From: Clostridia bacterium
GTDB lineage: Bacteria > Bacillota > Clostridia > Oscillospirales > CAG-382
DNA: 64,000 bases
Direction: 5' to 3'
NCBI GenBank assembly: GCA_017429165.1
Contig: JAFRPL010000036.1
Location: forward strand, 11,848-75,847
Positions within the stretch are counted from its first letter, which is position 1, and each line of letters begins with the position of its first letter. Below are positions 47,103 through 55,821 of the stretch, one piece after another. The translations under genes were made by a program, and so were the position numbers. The notes under the pieces are model-generated. The model ran no database searches and was not told where the DNA came from. It saw only the letters and a list, made by a program, of their open reading frames with translations.

Positions 47103-48371
47103 ATGGACGAAAATAGGCTGGTAAGAGCTAACAAGAATGACAACAGCATAAAGATAATGATCGCAGTGATCGCCGTTCTTTCGCTCCTTATTGTCGGTCT
47201 TGCTCTTTATCTGTTAGTTTTCAGCAAAGATTCAAACAACACGGAAAACAATTCAGAACCCGAGTATGTTAACGACGATTCCGTCGACGTGCACTCGACG
47301 CCGGCCGACGTTACAGACCCGGAAAGTGCCGTTGACGTTTCCGCTGCAGACGATTCATCCGATCCGGAAGCCGGCGAATCGCAGGACGATCCTTCCTACG
47401 TAGACGAAAGCTCCGCTGCCGAATCAAGCGAGGAAGAAAGCTCGGGCGAATATTCCGAACCCGAACACGGATGGGTGATAAATTATCTCGGATACACCTA
47501 TCTTTACAAAGGTTACGGTTTTGAACAGTTTACTTTTTCGACCAATATCGTAAACAAATACACCGATTCTCTCAATAAGATCCAAGAGCTCGCCGGTTCC
47601 AAAAGGGTATACAACATACTCGTGCCGACCAACTGCGAATTCTTTACTATTCCCGCATCCGTCAAACAGGAAGACGATTTTTACTGCGCAAGTCAGCGGA
47701 AGTTTATGAACAACGTGTACGCCAAAACCGTTTCGTCAATTATTAACGTAGACGTCTACAACACTTTCGAAACGCATTACGACGAAAAGCTGTTTTTCAA
47801 TTCCGACCCCAACTATACGCATCTTGCGGCGTACTACGTTTACCTCGATTACTGCAAAGCCGCCGGGATAACGCCGATCGTAGCGGGTATGTACACGCAG
47901 AAAATGCTCAACAATCAGTTCCTGGGCAAATTCTTTAACGCCACCGGTTCCGAGCGCGTTATGAAAAACGCAGACAGGTTCGATTATTTCGATATCGACG
48001 AGGTGTATACCGCAACAGAAAAAGTTTATCGCGGCAGCGGCGTTGTGAACCGTACCGGCGTCATATTTGCGGATACCGGTTCGTATAACTATTTTACGTT
48101 CCTCGGCGAGGAAGCGAAACGTATCGACATCACCGCGGCGGGCGACAGTTCGCGCAGTTTGCTTGTAATAGGCGATTCTTCCGCCGCTCCTTTCATCACG
48201 TTTCTTGTGCCTAATTACGGCAAGATCACCTATATCAATCCCCAGCTTTATAACGAAAGCATAGCCGATATGCTTTCAAGCGACGGTTTTACCGACATTG
48301 TCATTATAACTTATAACACTTACGCCGGACGTTTGCTGCATTCCGATCTCGCAAAACTCGCGGGGGACTGA
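47103..48371 (+). CDS. Membrane-anchored protein, DHHW-family-like (AlgX/AlgJ-type SGNH-like fold) with a degenerate signature
   Basis: N-terminal TM helix IMIAVIAVLSLLIVGLALYLLVF, then an acidic Ser/Asp/Glu linker. FFNSDPNYTHLAAYYVY sits where family members carry ..TDHHWT..GAY.AY, and VIGDSSAAPF follows. Family recalled from memory. Confidence 0.45.
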   Translation: MDENRLVRANKNDNSIKIMIAVIAVLSLLIVGLALYLLVFSKDSNNTENNSEPEYVNDDSVDVHSTPADVTDPESAVDVSAADDSSDPEAGESQDDPSYVDESSAAESSEEESSGEYSEPEHGWVINYLGYTYLYKGYGFEQFTFSTNIVNKYTDSLNKIQELAGSKRVYNILVPTNCEFFTIPASVKQEDDFYCASQRKFMNNVYAKTVSSIINVDVYNTFETHYDEKLFFNSDPNYTHLAAYYVYLDYCKAAGITPIVAGMYTQKMLNNQFLGKFFNATGSERVMKNADRFDYFDIDEVYTATEKVYRGSGVVNRTGVIFADTGSYNYFTFLGEEAKRIDITAAGDSSRSLLVIGDSSAAPFITFLVPNYGKITYINPQLYNESIADMLSSDGFTDIVIITYNTYAGRLLHSDLAKLAGD

Positions 48372-48372
48372 T

Positions 48373-49134
48373 ATGGCTGAATATCTAATAGGCGGATTTA
48401 TTTCCGTTTCGGCGGTGATCGAAAACGAAAGCCGCGAACTTTATAAACTCATAATCGATAAAGAAAGGCAGAGCCGCATCAGCTCTGCCTCGTATCATTA
48501 TCCCGAAAAAGCGCAGTATGAATATTTGAATAAATACCTTAAACGCACCGGTGCAAACGCGGAACTTTTATCCGCCGCAGAATTTGCATCCCTCACCGGA
48601 GGCGAAGCGTACGGAGGCATAGCCGCGATCGTCGGCGACAGAAAGTACGTTTCCATTGAAAACGCGCTGAAAAACGCAAAGTTCGCGCTTATGCTCGACG
48701 GTATTGAAGACCCGTTCAATTTCGGTTACATACTGCGCACCGCTTACGCATGCGGATGTGATTGCGTGCTTTTGCCGGAACGCAATTACTTTACAACTTC
48801 TTCGATAGTTATACGTTCTTCGGCAGGAGCTTCTGAGATGCTCCCTATCGCGCTGTTTAAAAACCCCTCGGAAACGGTCGGTTCGCTTAAGAAAAACGGT
48901 TTTTCGATGGTTTGTACGGCTAAAACGACCGACTCCGTCAGTTTGGAGAATGCCAAATTCAATCTTCCGCTTTGTCTCGTGATCGGCGGCGAAAAGCGCG
49001 GCGTTAACAAGAGCATTATGTCTTGCGCCGACGTCACGGTATCAATTGATTATAAAAACAATTACAGAATGTCGCTTTCAGCGTCTTCCGCTGCCTCTAT
49101 ACTCATTTACGGCGTTTCGTCGCGCATAAAATAG
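48373..49134 (+). CDS. TrmH/SpoU-family RNA 2'-O-methyltransferase (RlmB-like)
   Basis: Motifs LDGIEDPFNFGYILRTAYACG, LVIGGEKRGV and SLSASSAASILIY. Confidence 0.85.
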   Translation: MAEYLIGGFISVSAVIENESRELYKLIIDKERQSRISSASYHYPEKAQYEYLNKYLKRTGANAELLSAAEFASLTGGEAYGGIAAIVGDRKYVSIENALKNAKFALMLDGIEDPFNFGYILRTAYACGCDCVLLPERNYFTTSSIVIRSSAGASEMLPIALFKNPSETVGSLKKNGFSMVCTAKTTDSVSLENAKFNLPLCLVIGGEKRGVNKSIMSCADVTVSIDYKNNYRMSLSASSAASILIYGVSSRIK

Positions 49135-49727
49135 AGCTCCGGAACTTTACCTATTATAAGAGTTTCGCTAACCGCAAATTCGCAGCTGATCTCTTTTTCG
49201 GCGCTGTATAACGGAGACAGCACGCTTATCAGCACGTCTACACGCACGCTTATACGATGAAGCGTCTGGTTGATGCCGGCGCTTATAAACCGGCTTTCCG
49301 TCCCTGCGCACACGCTGCCGAGCGGAACGACCGTGAGCTTTATTCCGGGACCTTTTCCGGATAAGATTTCCATACCGGTCACGTTCCCCAACGGCAGGGA
49401 AAAGTATCCCTTCAAGTTTTCAAGCCGCCTTGACACTTCAAAAGTGATCTCGGCGGTTATTTTGTTGAGAATAAACGAATCTATCGAAATCGCGTTCACT
49501 TCGCCGTTTACCAAAACGGTATGCTGTATATTCGGCAATTGCGTTCCGAACTTCTCGCAAACAGCGTTAAACGAATCGTATATCGATTCTATTACCGTGT
49601 TTTTCACGACATGCTCCGCGTATTCGTTAGCCGCGCGCCTGAAATTCATTCCGAACGAAACGCATATCAGGACCAAAAATAGCACAGCGGCGAGCAGGAT
49701 CATTTTCCGTTTGATCTTTCTGCGCAT
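49107..49727 (-). CDS. yunB: Sporulation protein YunB
   Basis: ATG 49727 follows GGTGAAAG. N-terminal anchor MRRKIKRKMILLAAVLFLVLI. The YunB-like core reads LPLGNVTGMEILSGKGPGIKLTVVPLGSV...INQTLHRISVRVDV. The upstream part of the track ORF (to 49916) is discounted. Confidence 0.8.
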   Translation of the reverse strand: MRRKIKRKMILLAAVLFLVLICVSFGMNFRRAANEYAEHVVKNTVIESIYDSFNAVCEKFGTQLPNIQHTVLVNGEVNAISIDSFILNKITAEITFEVSRRLENLKGYFSLPLGNVTGMEILSGKGPGIKLTVVPLGSVCAGTESRFISAGINQTLHRISVRVDVLISVLSPLYSAEKEISCEFAVSETLIIGKVPELYFMRDETP

Positions 49728-49779
49728 TATTCTTTCACCGCAGTATATATATTTGATCGCTTTGCAAATAATACTACCG

Positions 49780-50391
49780 GTGATAGATATAAAACTGTTC
49801 AGATTCTTAACGGCGGCTGTCGCGGCTGTCATACTTTTCGTCTCGATCGAAGGCGATCCGTTTTGCCTGCTTATAGCATATAAAAAAGCCGATTCGATAT
49901 GTAAAAACGAATACAACGGCCTTTTGCGGCTTGTTTCATACAGATACGATAAAGCGAATGAAACCTATTCGTTCACGGTAAGAGACTCAAACGGAGTGAC
50001 TGCAGAAATCGTTTATGATCCGCAAGAAAACGTTTTTACGGACGGCTATTTTGCCGATTATATATCCTACGCTCAAAACGCGCTTTACGGAAGCTATTGG
50101 CACAAACTTGCGGAAAACGGTTCCGCGCCGGACGAGATCGTTATAACCGCCAGTCTAAAACGCGGGATTATAGGAACGGGACCCGAAAGCACGCCGCGCA
50201 AAATCGTTGCTATATATGGAAATATCGATTTCGAAACTTTTTCGGAACAGGCGTACAGAACAACAAAAGCCGTCAGATACGACGGCTTAAGCGAACTGCA
50301 TATTATTTCCGTAAATTACAGCGTAACGATCACTGATCTGGCGTTTTTTTCAGATAAAAACGCTGTCGCGGCGCGTATTAAACGCAACTGA
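49780..50391 (+). CDS. Hypothetical membrane-anchored protein (only the distal part of track ORF 49270-50391)
   Basis: No competing ORF lies at 49917-50391. The sequence after GTG 49780 (or TTG 49753/49762) starts with a TM-like segment IDIKLFRFLTAAVAAVILFVSI, followed by a globular-looking ~170 aa. No clear SD is present. Confidence 0.4.
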   Translation: MIDIKLFRFLTAAVAAVILFVSIEGDPFCLLIAYKKADSICKNEYNGLLRLVSYRYDKANETYSFTVRDSNGVTAEIVYDPQENVFTDGYFADYISYAQNALYGSYWHKLAENGSAPDEIVITASLKRGIIGTGPESTPRKIVAIYGNIDFETFSEQAYRTTKAVRYDGLSELHIISVNYSVTITDLAFFSDKNAVAARIKRN

Positions 50392-50393
50392 CC

Positions 50394-50621
50394 TTACTTC
50401 CTGCGCCTGAAAAGCCCTTCGAGTCTTTCTTTATAAGAAGTCTTTCTCGATTCGGCGGCGTCGCGGTCCTGAACAAACGCCCCGGAAGACGCGTCAAATA
50501 ACAGCACGTCGTTTTCGCGCACTTTAAAGCCGAGCGATCCTTTCGGCACTACGAGCACCGAACCGTCGTCGCCCAGAAGCTCAACGAGTTCACGTTCAAT
50601 CTTATCTACAGTATAAAGCAT
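50394..50621 (-). CDS. DUF3006-like small protein
   Basis: ATG 50621 has GGAGG 9 nt upstream. MLYTVDKIERELVELLGDDGSVLVVPKGSL..VRENDVLLFD matches my memory of DUF3006. Confidence 0.55.
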   Translation of the reverse strand: MLYTVDKIERELVELLGDDGSVLVVPKGSLGFKVRENDVLLFDASSGAFVQDRDAAESRKTSYKERLEGLFRRRK

Positions 50622-50634
50622 TGTAAAATACCTC

Positions 50635-51795
50635 CTATTCTGTTTCATTGCCGAAATTTTGCGTCTCGTTTATCGGGATATACATTACGGAGTAGTGAAA
50701 ACGTACTCCGTTTTCCGTTTGCTCCTTGATTCGTCTCTGCAACTGCGATCCTTCACGCAGAAAACGGCAGTCGGCGCCGTATTCGCCTTTTGTCGGTATG
50801 ACATACACGCTTCTGTTTACGCGCAGGATATTGCTGTTTTCATCAAGAACCTTTTCAAGTTGAGGAGCAAATATCCATGAATAGCCGGTAATCGCGGCAG
50901 GATGAAGCGACGGGTAAAAGTGTTTGTAAAAATCTATAGCTGTTCCGAACGCCTCTCTTATTCTTTCGGGCGTATATTCTATGCCGGAAGGGATATGAAT
51001 ATTGAGAGTATGAGTGCCTTCAGACAGAAAATCGCGCCATATTTTCTTTGAAAAGCGCGTGGTCTTGTTTTCGGCAACACCGCGCCTTGAAATCACGTTG
51101 ACGATATATTCGTCATTGTTTTCCGTATATACGGTTTTACCGACAGAGGCGGATATGTCGTTGGTCAAAGCGCCGTCTTTGTCTATAAAATGTTCGCCGC
51201 ACGCAAACGAAACGTAACGCTTTCCGTCCGTAATGACTTTGAAATCGCTGCCAAACTCGCCAGGTACGAACTTGAGCACGCCGAACAGAAACATACATCC
51301 GCCGGCGCAGAGCATATTCCAGCTCCATTCGAGTATTCCCCAGTAGCCGTTCTTTTCAAAACACGATCGCGAATACCCGCGAAAAGCGTTAAGGTTTTCC
51401 CGATTCAACTCTTTCGGCGGCTTTTTGTTTATGATCGTATCTGCAAGCGCGCCGGCGACGATCACCCATCCGACCTGCTCTTTTTCAAGCCCTTCTGCGT
51501 CGAAAAGGTCCTCGGTATATATCTGATTCTGCCACGGCTTGCGCTTTTGCACGGTTATATACCTGATAAACGCGCCGCATATGCGCGATGCGGCGTTATT
51601 GTTTATGACACCGGCGCATCTTATAAGCTCTTTTTTTCCGTCTTCCGGAAGTCCCGTTTCTTCGGCAACAACGAGCGCTTCACGTTCCGTCAAAACCGGA
51701 GATCCGTCGTATTCAGCCGAAAAGCTTTCGTATAATTCTTCCGCGTAAGAGGGAAGTTCAAAATTGAACTGTTTTTTGAATTCAGAGTAATTCAT
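50635..51795 (-). CDS. Hypothetical cytoplasmic protein (386 aa); function not recognised
   Basis: Long ORF with protein-like composition. ATG 51795 overlaps the end of the upstream metallophosphoesterase gene by 14 nt. A faint resemblance to N-acyltransferase NAT_N/GNAT_C proteins is from memory only. Confidence 0.6.
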   Translation of the reverse strand: MNYSEFKKQFNFELPSYAEELYESFSAEYDGSPVLTEREALVVAEETGLPEDGKKELIRCAGVINNNAASRICGAFIRYITVQKRKPWQNQIYTEDLFDAEGLEKEQVGWVIVAGALADTIINKKPPKELNRENLNAFRGYSRSCFEKNGYWGILEWSWNMLCAGGCMFLFGVLKFVPGEFGSDFKVITDGKRYVSFACGEHFIDKDGALTNDISASVGKTVYTENNDEYIVNVISRRGVAENKTTRFSKKIWRDFLSEGTHTLNIHIPSGIEYTPERIREAFGTAIDFYKHFYPSLHPAAITGYSWIFAPQLEKVLDENSNILRVNRSVYVIPTKGEYGADCRFLREGSQLQRRIKEQTENGVRFHYSVMYIPINETQNFGNETE

Positions 51796-52606
51796 CAGCG
51801 TCACCGATTATATATCTGTTGATATTTCCGACTATCGCCTGCGAGGAAACGAACTGCGGCACGTTGCCCGGCAGCAGCGCGTAATTTGAAAAATGCAAAT
51901 GCCCGGCAAGCACCGCAATAACGTTTTGCGAGTGTTTCTCGATTATTCTAATAAACTCATGGTTTTCCTCGGGGCAGTTTTCGTAATTGAACTGAAAATA
52001 CACTCCGCTGGGTTTGATCTTGCGTTCATTCTGTTCGCAAACGATCGGCACGTGAATAACGATAAGCGCTTTCTTGCCGCTCGAAAGCTCGTCTTCAAGC
52101 GCCTTATTCTGTTCGGCTGTTACTATGCGCTGAGAATTGTCGACGCATATTATATTAATATCTTCCAGCCGTACAACGTAAAAATCTTTGCCCATTTCCG
52201 CGAGCTTTCCGTCAGATGGTATCGCTCTCCGGCTTTCGTGATTCCCGCACACGGCGGCGATAGGTTTATCGAAACCTGCAAGGCACTCGTCAGCATACCG
52301 GATATTCGCGGCGCTCACGTAATCGAACGTATCGCCGGCTAACACAAGAGCGTCGCCGTCTTTTGCAATTTCAAGAAGCGTGCGGAAATGATAAGCCGGC
52401 GAGCGTTTTTCGTATTCGCCGTACGGCTCTCCGCCGTGCAGCGCAAAATGCGCACGCACGCGTTCCCACGCTTCTGCCGCGTTTTTTGCCTTTTCTGTTT
52501 CTTCGGGCGTAGATAATGAATCGTATTCCGTAAGATGCGAATCGCTGAAATGATATATCACTTTCTTTTTGATCCCGTTGCAGACGATCTTATATTCCGT
52601 TATCAT
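51782..52606 (-). CDS. Metallophosphoesterase
   Basis: ATG 52606 follows AAGGAG. Motifs HFSDSHL, AGDTFDY, CGNHE, VIHVP and AGHLH. Confidence 0.8.
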   Translation of the reverse strand: MITEYKIVCNGIKKKVIYHFSDSHLTEYDSLSTPEETEKAKNAAEAWERVRAHFALHGGEPYGEYEKRSPAYHFRTLLEIAKDGDALVLAGDTFDYVSAANIRYADECLAGFDKPIAAVCGNHESRRAIPSDGKLAEMGKDFYVVRLEDINIICVDNSQRIVTAEQNKALEDELSSGKKALIVIHVPIVCEQNERKIKPSGVYFQFNYENCPEENHEFIRIIEKHSQNVIAVLAGHLHFSNYALLPGNVPQFVSSQAIVGNINRYIIGDADELL

Positions 52607-52685
52607 CAGTCGTATCTCCTTTTGATTCTGAACATATAATACCACAATTATTTTTCTTTATCAAGTCATTTTTTGTTTATCCTTG

Positions 52686-52714
52686 TTGACTATCCAAATC
52701 TTTTCTGTTAAAAT
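52686..52714 (+). promoter_or_regulatory. dfx promoter TTGACT-17-TGtTAAAAT
   Basis: TTGACT at 52686-52691 and TAAAAT at 52709-52714, preceded by TGt. Confidence 0.5.
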
Positions 52715-52798
52715 AGCATTGTAAGAAAAAAACCGCGCCCGAAAAACGGGCAAGGCCGTATTCAAACCAACCAGATCTTTTAAAGGAGGAAATCAAAA

Positions 52799-53173
52799 AT
52801 GTCAATGAAATTCTATCGCTGCAAACGCTGCGGCAACATCATCGCCTACTGCCACGCGAGCGGAGTCCCCGTTGTCTGCTGCGGTGAACCAATGCAGGAA
52901 CTCATACCAGGAACCACGGACGCCTCCGTTGAAAAACACGTGCCTGTCATTACCGTTGAAGGTTCGCTGGTGACCGTTAAAGTCGGTTCGGCGGCTCATC
53001 CCATGCAAGAAGTCCATTACATAGAATGGATCGCTCTGGAAACGGAGCACGGCAACCAGCGCGTCAAGCTCGCCCCCGGCGAAGCACCCGAAGCTACATT
53101 CGCGATCGTGGAAGGCGACAAGCCCATAGCCGCTTATGCATACTGCAATCTGCACGGTCTCTGGAAGTCATAA
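52799..53173 (+). CDS. dfx: Desulfoferrodoxin (2Fe superoxide reductase)
   Basis: Desulforedoxin-like N-terminus FYRCKRCGNII...VVCCGEPM. SOR centre residues EKHVPV, H..EVHYIEW and YCNLHGLW. Confidence 0.9.
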   Translation: MSMKFYRCKRCGNIIAYCHASGVPVVCCGEPMQELIPGTTDASVEKHVPVITVEGSLVTVKVGSAAHPMQEVHYIEWIALETEHGNQRVKLAPGEAPEATFAIVEGDKPIAAYAYCNLHGLWKS

Positions 53174-53182
53174 TCAAGCCAT

Positions 53183-53217
53183 AAAAAACCCGGTACGTTC
53201 GGCGTACCGGGTTTTTG
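53183..53217. terminator. Bidirectional intrinsic terminator (dfx / degV)
   Basis: Stem aacccggtacg / cgtaccgggtt with loop ttcgg, flanked by A6 and T5. Confidence 0.85.
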
Positions 53218-53228
53218 TCGTATATCTG

Positions 53229-54128
53229 TTATTTATTGAGATCCCTTATCGCCGGGTCGCCATAGAAATTGGCTATAATCGTTCCGGGCCCTACAGAATA
53301 TCCTATACCCGGTTCTATAAAACCGAAACGGAAATCGATTTGAATATCAGGGAAGTGCGCCTTGACGATCTCGGCAACGTATTTACAGTCTTCAAGACAA
53401 TCCGCATGCGAAATAAATACCGTGTTGTATTTGTCGAGATATGCGTATTTTATGATATATTCCGCGGTCTTTTCAAGCGAACTCTTTCTGCCCCTCACCT
53501 TTTCGATCGCCACGTTATGGCCGGTCCCGTCGTATACGATCAGCGGCTTGATGCTGAATATCCCGCCGAAGAAAGCGGCGGATGCGCTTACACGCCCCGC
53601 GTTGCGCAGGTATGTGAGACTCTCTACCGTACCGACTTCGTTGAAATAAAGGCGTTCTTTAAGCAGCCATTCGTAAACGTCTTCGATCGTTTCGCCGTTT
53701 GCACGCTTCTTGCTGCATTCCGCGGCGAGCATAGTGAGTGAATAGCAGCAGTTATAACTGTCTACGCAGTAAATTTTTGCGTCTGGATAGTCTTTTTCAA
53801 CGCGCTCTTTTGCTTTATAGCTTTCTTTGACCGAACTCGAAAGCGCTTCCGCGCAGGAGATCGAAAGAATGTCGTGTCCCTGCTCCAGATATTTGCGGAA
53901 AACCGCCTCGTATTCGTTGGAAGTTGCCTGCGAAGAACTCATATCGAGACCTTTGCCCACTTCAGCGTAAAACGTTACGGGATCCATACCAGCCCAGCCG
54001 TCGTTTGCGAGGTATTCGCTGCCGTTTGCGTATATGTGGAACGGCACGATGGCGTCGATACCGAATTCGCGCATCTGCTCAGGCGTCATATTGCTGCTCG
54101 AATCGGTTATGATAACGAAATTTTTCAT
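53229..54128 (-). CDS. fakB: DegV-family fatty-acid-binding protein (FakB-like)
   Basis: ATG 54128 follows GGAGG. N-terminus MKNFVIITDSSSNM. The DegV-like length and its position directly downstream of a DAK2/FakA-like gene support the call. Confidence 0.85.
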   Translation of the reverse strand: MKNFVIITDSSSNMTPEQMREFGIDAIVPFHIYANGSEYLANDGWAGMDPVTFYAEVGKGLDMSSSQATSNEYEAVFRKYLEQGHDILSISCAEALSSSVKESYKAKERVEKDYPDAKIYCVDSYNCCYSLTMLAAECSKKRANGETIEDVYEWLLKERLYFNEVGTVESLTYLRNAGRVSASAAFFGGIFSIKPLIVYDGTGHNVAIEKVRGRKSSLEKTAEYIIKYAYLDKYNTVFISHADCLEDCKYVAEIVKAHFPDIQIDFRFGFIEPGIGYSVGPGTIIANFYGDPAIRDLNK

Positions 54129-54138
54129 AAGATCCTCC

Positions 54139-55806
54139 TTATTCAAGTACAACTATAAAATCGTAAATTTCCTGTTTTCCGTCGACGTCATAGAACTCTT
54201 TGTCTCTGTATTTTCCGTTTATGAGTTCTCTTACACGGCGCTTGTCTTCATCGGTCGCGTCGGCGCCGTAGAAAACCGTAACTATCTCTTTATCCTCCAG
54301 CATAAGCTTTTCGCAAAGGGAAGAAAGCGCGTCGATCTTGTCTTCGGCGGCGGAAAGGACCTTTTTGTTGGTGAAACCTATATAATCGTTGTTTTTGACC
54401 GTAATATCTTTGTATTCAACGTTTCTTATGGCTTTGCATACCATGCCGGTCTCGACGAATTCCATATTCGATATAAAGTTTTCTTTTATCGCTTCTGCGT
54501 CATCGGAACTGTAATCGAGCATTGCGAGAGCGGCGTACGCCTGTCCGGGATTCTTTGAAGGGATGACGTATATCTTTGATTTGGTATAAAGCTCACCCGC
54601 CTGTTCAGCGGCCATAAATATATTGGTATTGTTGGGGAATACAAAGATGTTATCGGCGTTCATCTCGTCGAACGCTTTGATAAAATCACCGGTCGAAGGG
54701 TTCCTCCCCTGACCGCCGTCAATGATATGATCGGCGCCCAGCTGACGGAACACTTCTATGTTCCCGGAACCGGTCGTTACCACGCACGACGCGTATTTGG
54801 AACGCTTTTTCTGCACCTTTGGAATATCCGCCTCTTTTTTTGCTTCGTGCTCGTTGTGCTGCAGCATCATGTTCTCTATCTTGATCGTCAGAAACTCGCC
54901 GAACTGCTGGCAGTATTCGATCGCCTTTGAAGGCGTCATCGTGTGCACGTGTATCTTTAGTATCGAATCTTCTTTAAGCGCCACTATCGAATCACCGATC
55001 GTGCCGAGATAGTCGATGACTGTTTGTATATCGAAGTTATCGACGTCGGTCTTTGCGGTCATCAGTCTGAGCAGGAATTCGGTACAGTAACCGTACTCAA
55101 AGACAGAATCCTTGCCGAAAAGCGAAAAGTCGACTATCTGCGTTTGCTTTTGTTCGCTTTCAAGGGTAAACTCGCTGTCGTTGCCTTTAATCGCTTCGAG
55201 CACCCCTTGGGCTATCAAATAAAGTCCGGCTCCGCCGCTGTCGACGACCCCGGCCTCTTTCAGCACGTCCAGAAGCTCGGGCGTGTTGGCGAGCGAAACC
55301 CTCATTTTGCCGAGTATCACTTCGGAATAATCGCCGAGTGTGATATTATCGTCGATAATATCGTTAGTCCCTTCGAGCGCTTCGCGCGCAACAGTGAGTA
55401 TCGTACCTTCAACAGGCGATACCACGGTCGCGTACGCGCGTTTGACGCCTTCGGAAAACGCTTTGCTCAGGTCCGACATATTCGCAACTTCAACGCCTTC
55501 AAGGCCGTTATCCATTCCGGCAAATATCTGCGAAAGGATAACGCCGCTGTTGCCGCGTGCCGAAAGCAGCATCCCCACAGCCAGAGCGTGCGCTTTCTTT
55601 GTCACGGAATTCTGCTGTTCCTGCTGCATATTCTTTATGCCGCCCGAAAAAGTACGGAACATATTATCTCCCGTGTCGCCGTCCGGAATAGGGAACACGT
55701 TGAGATCGTTTATCATCTTGACGTTTTCTTTTAGTTTTGCGGCGCCGTTTATTATGAATTTCTCAAAAAGCGCGCCGTCTATCTGTTTATAACCTGTATA
55801 ATTCAT
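54139..55806 (-). CDS. fakA: DAK2-domain protein (YloV / fatty acid kinase FakA-like)
   Basis: The DhaL-type motif is VFPIPDGDTGDNM followed by ARGNSGVILSQIF. 555 aa. The C-terminal domain is as in YloV/FakA. Confidence 0.85.
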   Translation of the reverse strand: MNYTGYKQIDGALFEKFIINGAAKLKENVKMINDLNVFPIPDGDTGDNMFRTFSGGIKNMQQEQQNSVTKKAHALAVGMLLSARGNSGVILSQIFAGMDNGLEGVEVANMSDLSKAFSEGVKRAYATVVSPVEGTILTVAREALEGTNDIIDDNITLGDYSEVILGKMRVSLANTPELLDVLKEAGVVDSGGAGLYLIAQGVLEAIKGNDSEFTLESEQKQTQIVDFSLFGKDSVFEYGYCTEFLLRLMTAKTDVDNFDIQTVIDYLGTIGDSIVALKEDSILKIHVHTMTPSKAIEYCQQFGEFLTIKIENMMLQHNEHEAKKEADIPKVQKKRSKYASCVVTTGSGNIEVFRQLGADHIIDGGQGRNPSTGDFIKAFDEMNADNIFVFPNNTNIFMAAEQAGELYTKSKIYVIPSKNPGQAYAALAMLDYSSDDAEAIKENFISNMEFVETGMVCKAIRNVEYKDITVKNNDYIGFTNKKVLSAAEDKIDALSSLCEKLMLEDKEIVTVFYGADATDEDKRRVRELINGKYRDKEFYDVDGKQEIYDFIVVLE

Positions 55807-55821
55807 ATTTTCGACCGCACC

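Noticed and set aside
49270-49779. First ~170 codons of the 373-aa plus-strand ORF
   Set aside because: This part is antisense to yunB, which has a clear family-like sequence. Only the distal part, beyond the yunB start, is considered potentially coding.
52728-52760. Small hairpin (gcccg aaaaa cgggc) in the dfx leader as a riboswitch, attenuator or PerR/Rex operator
   Set aside because: The stem is only 5 bp. It has no flanking conserved motif and no match to the PerR, Fur or Rex box patterns I know.
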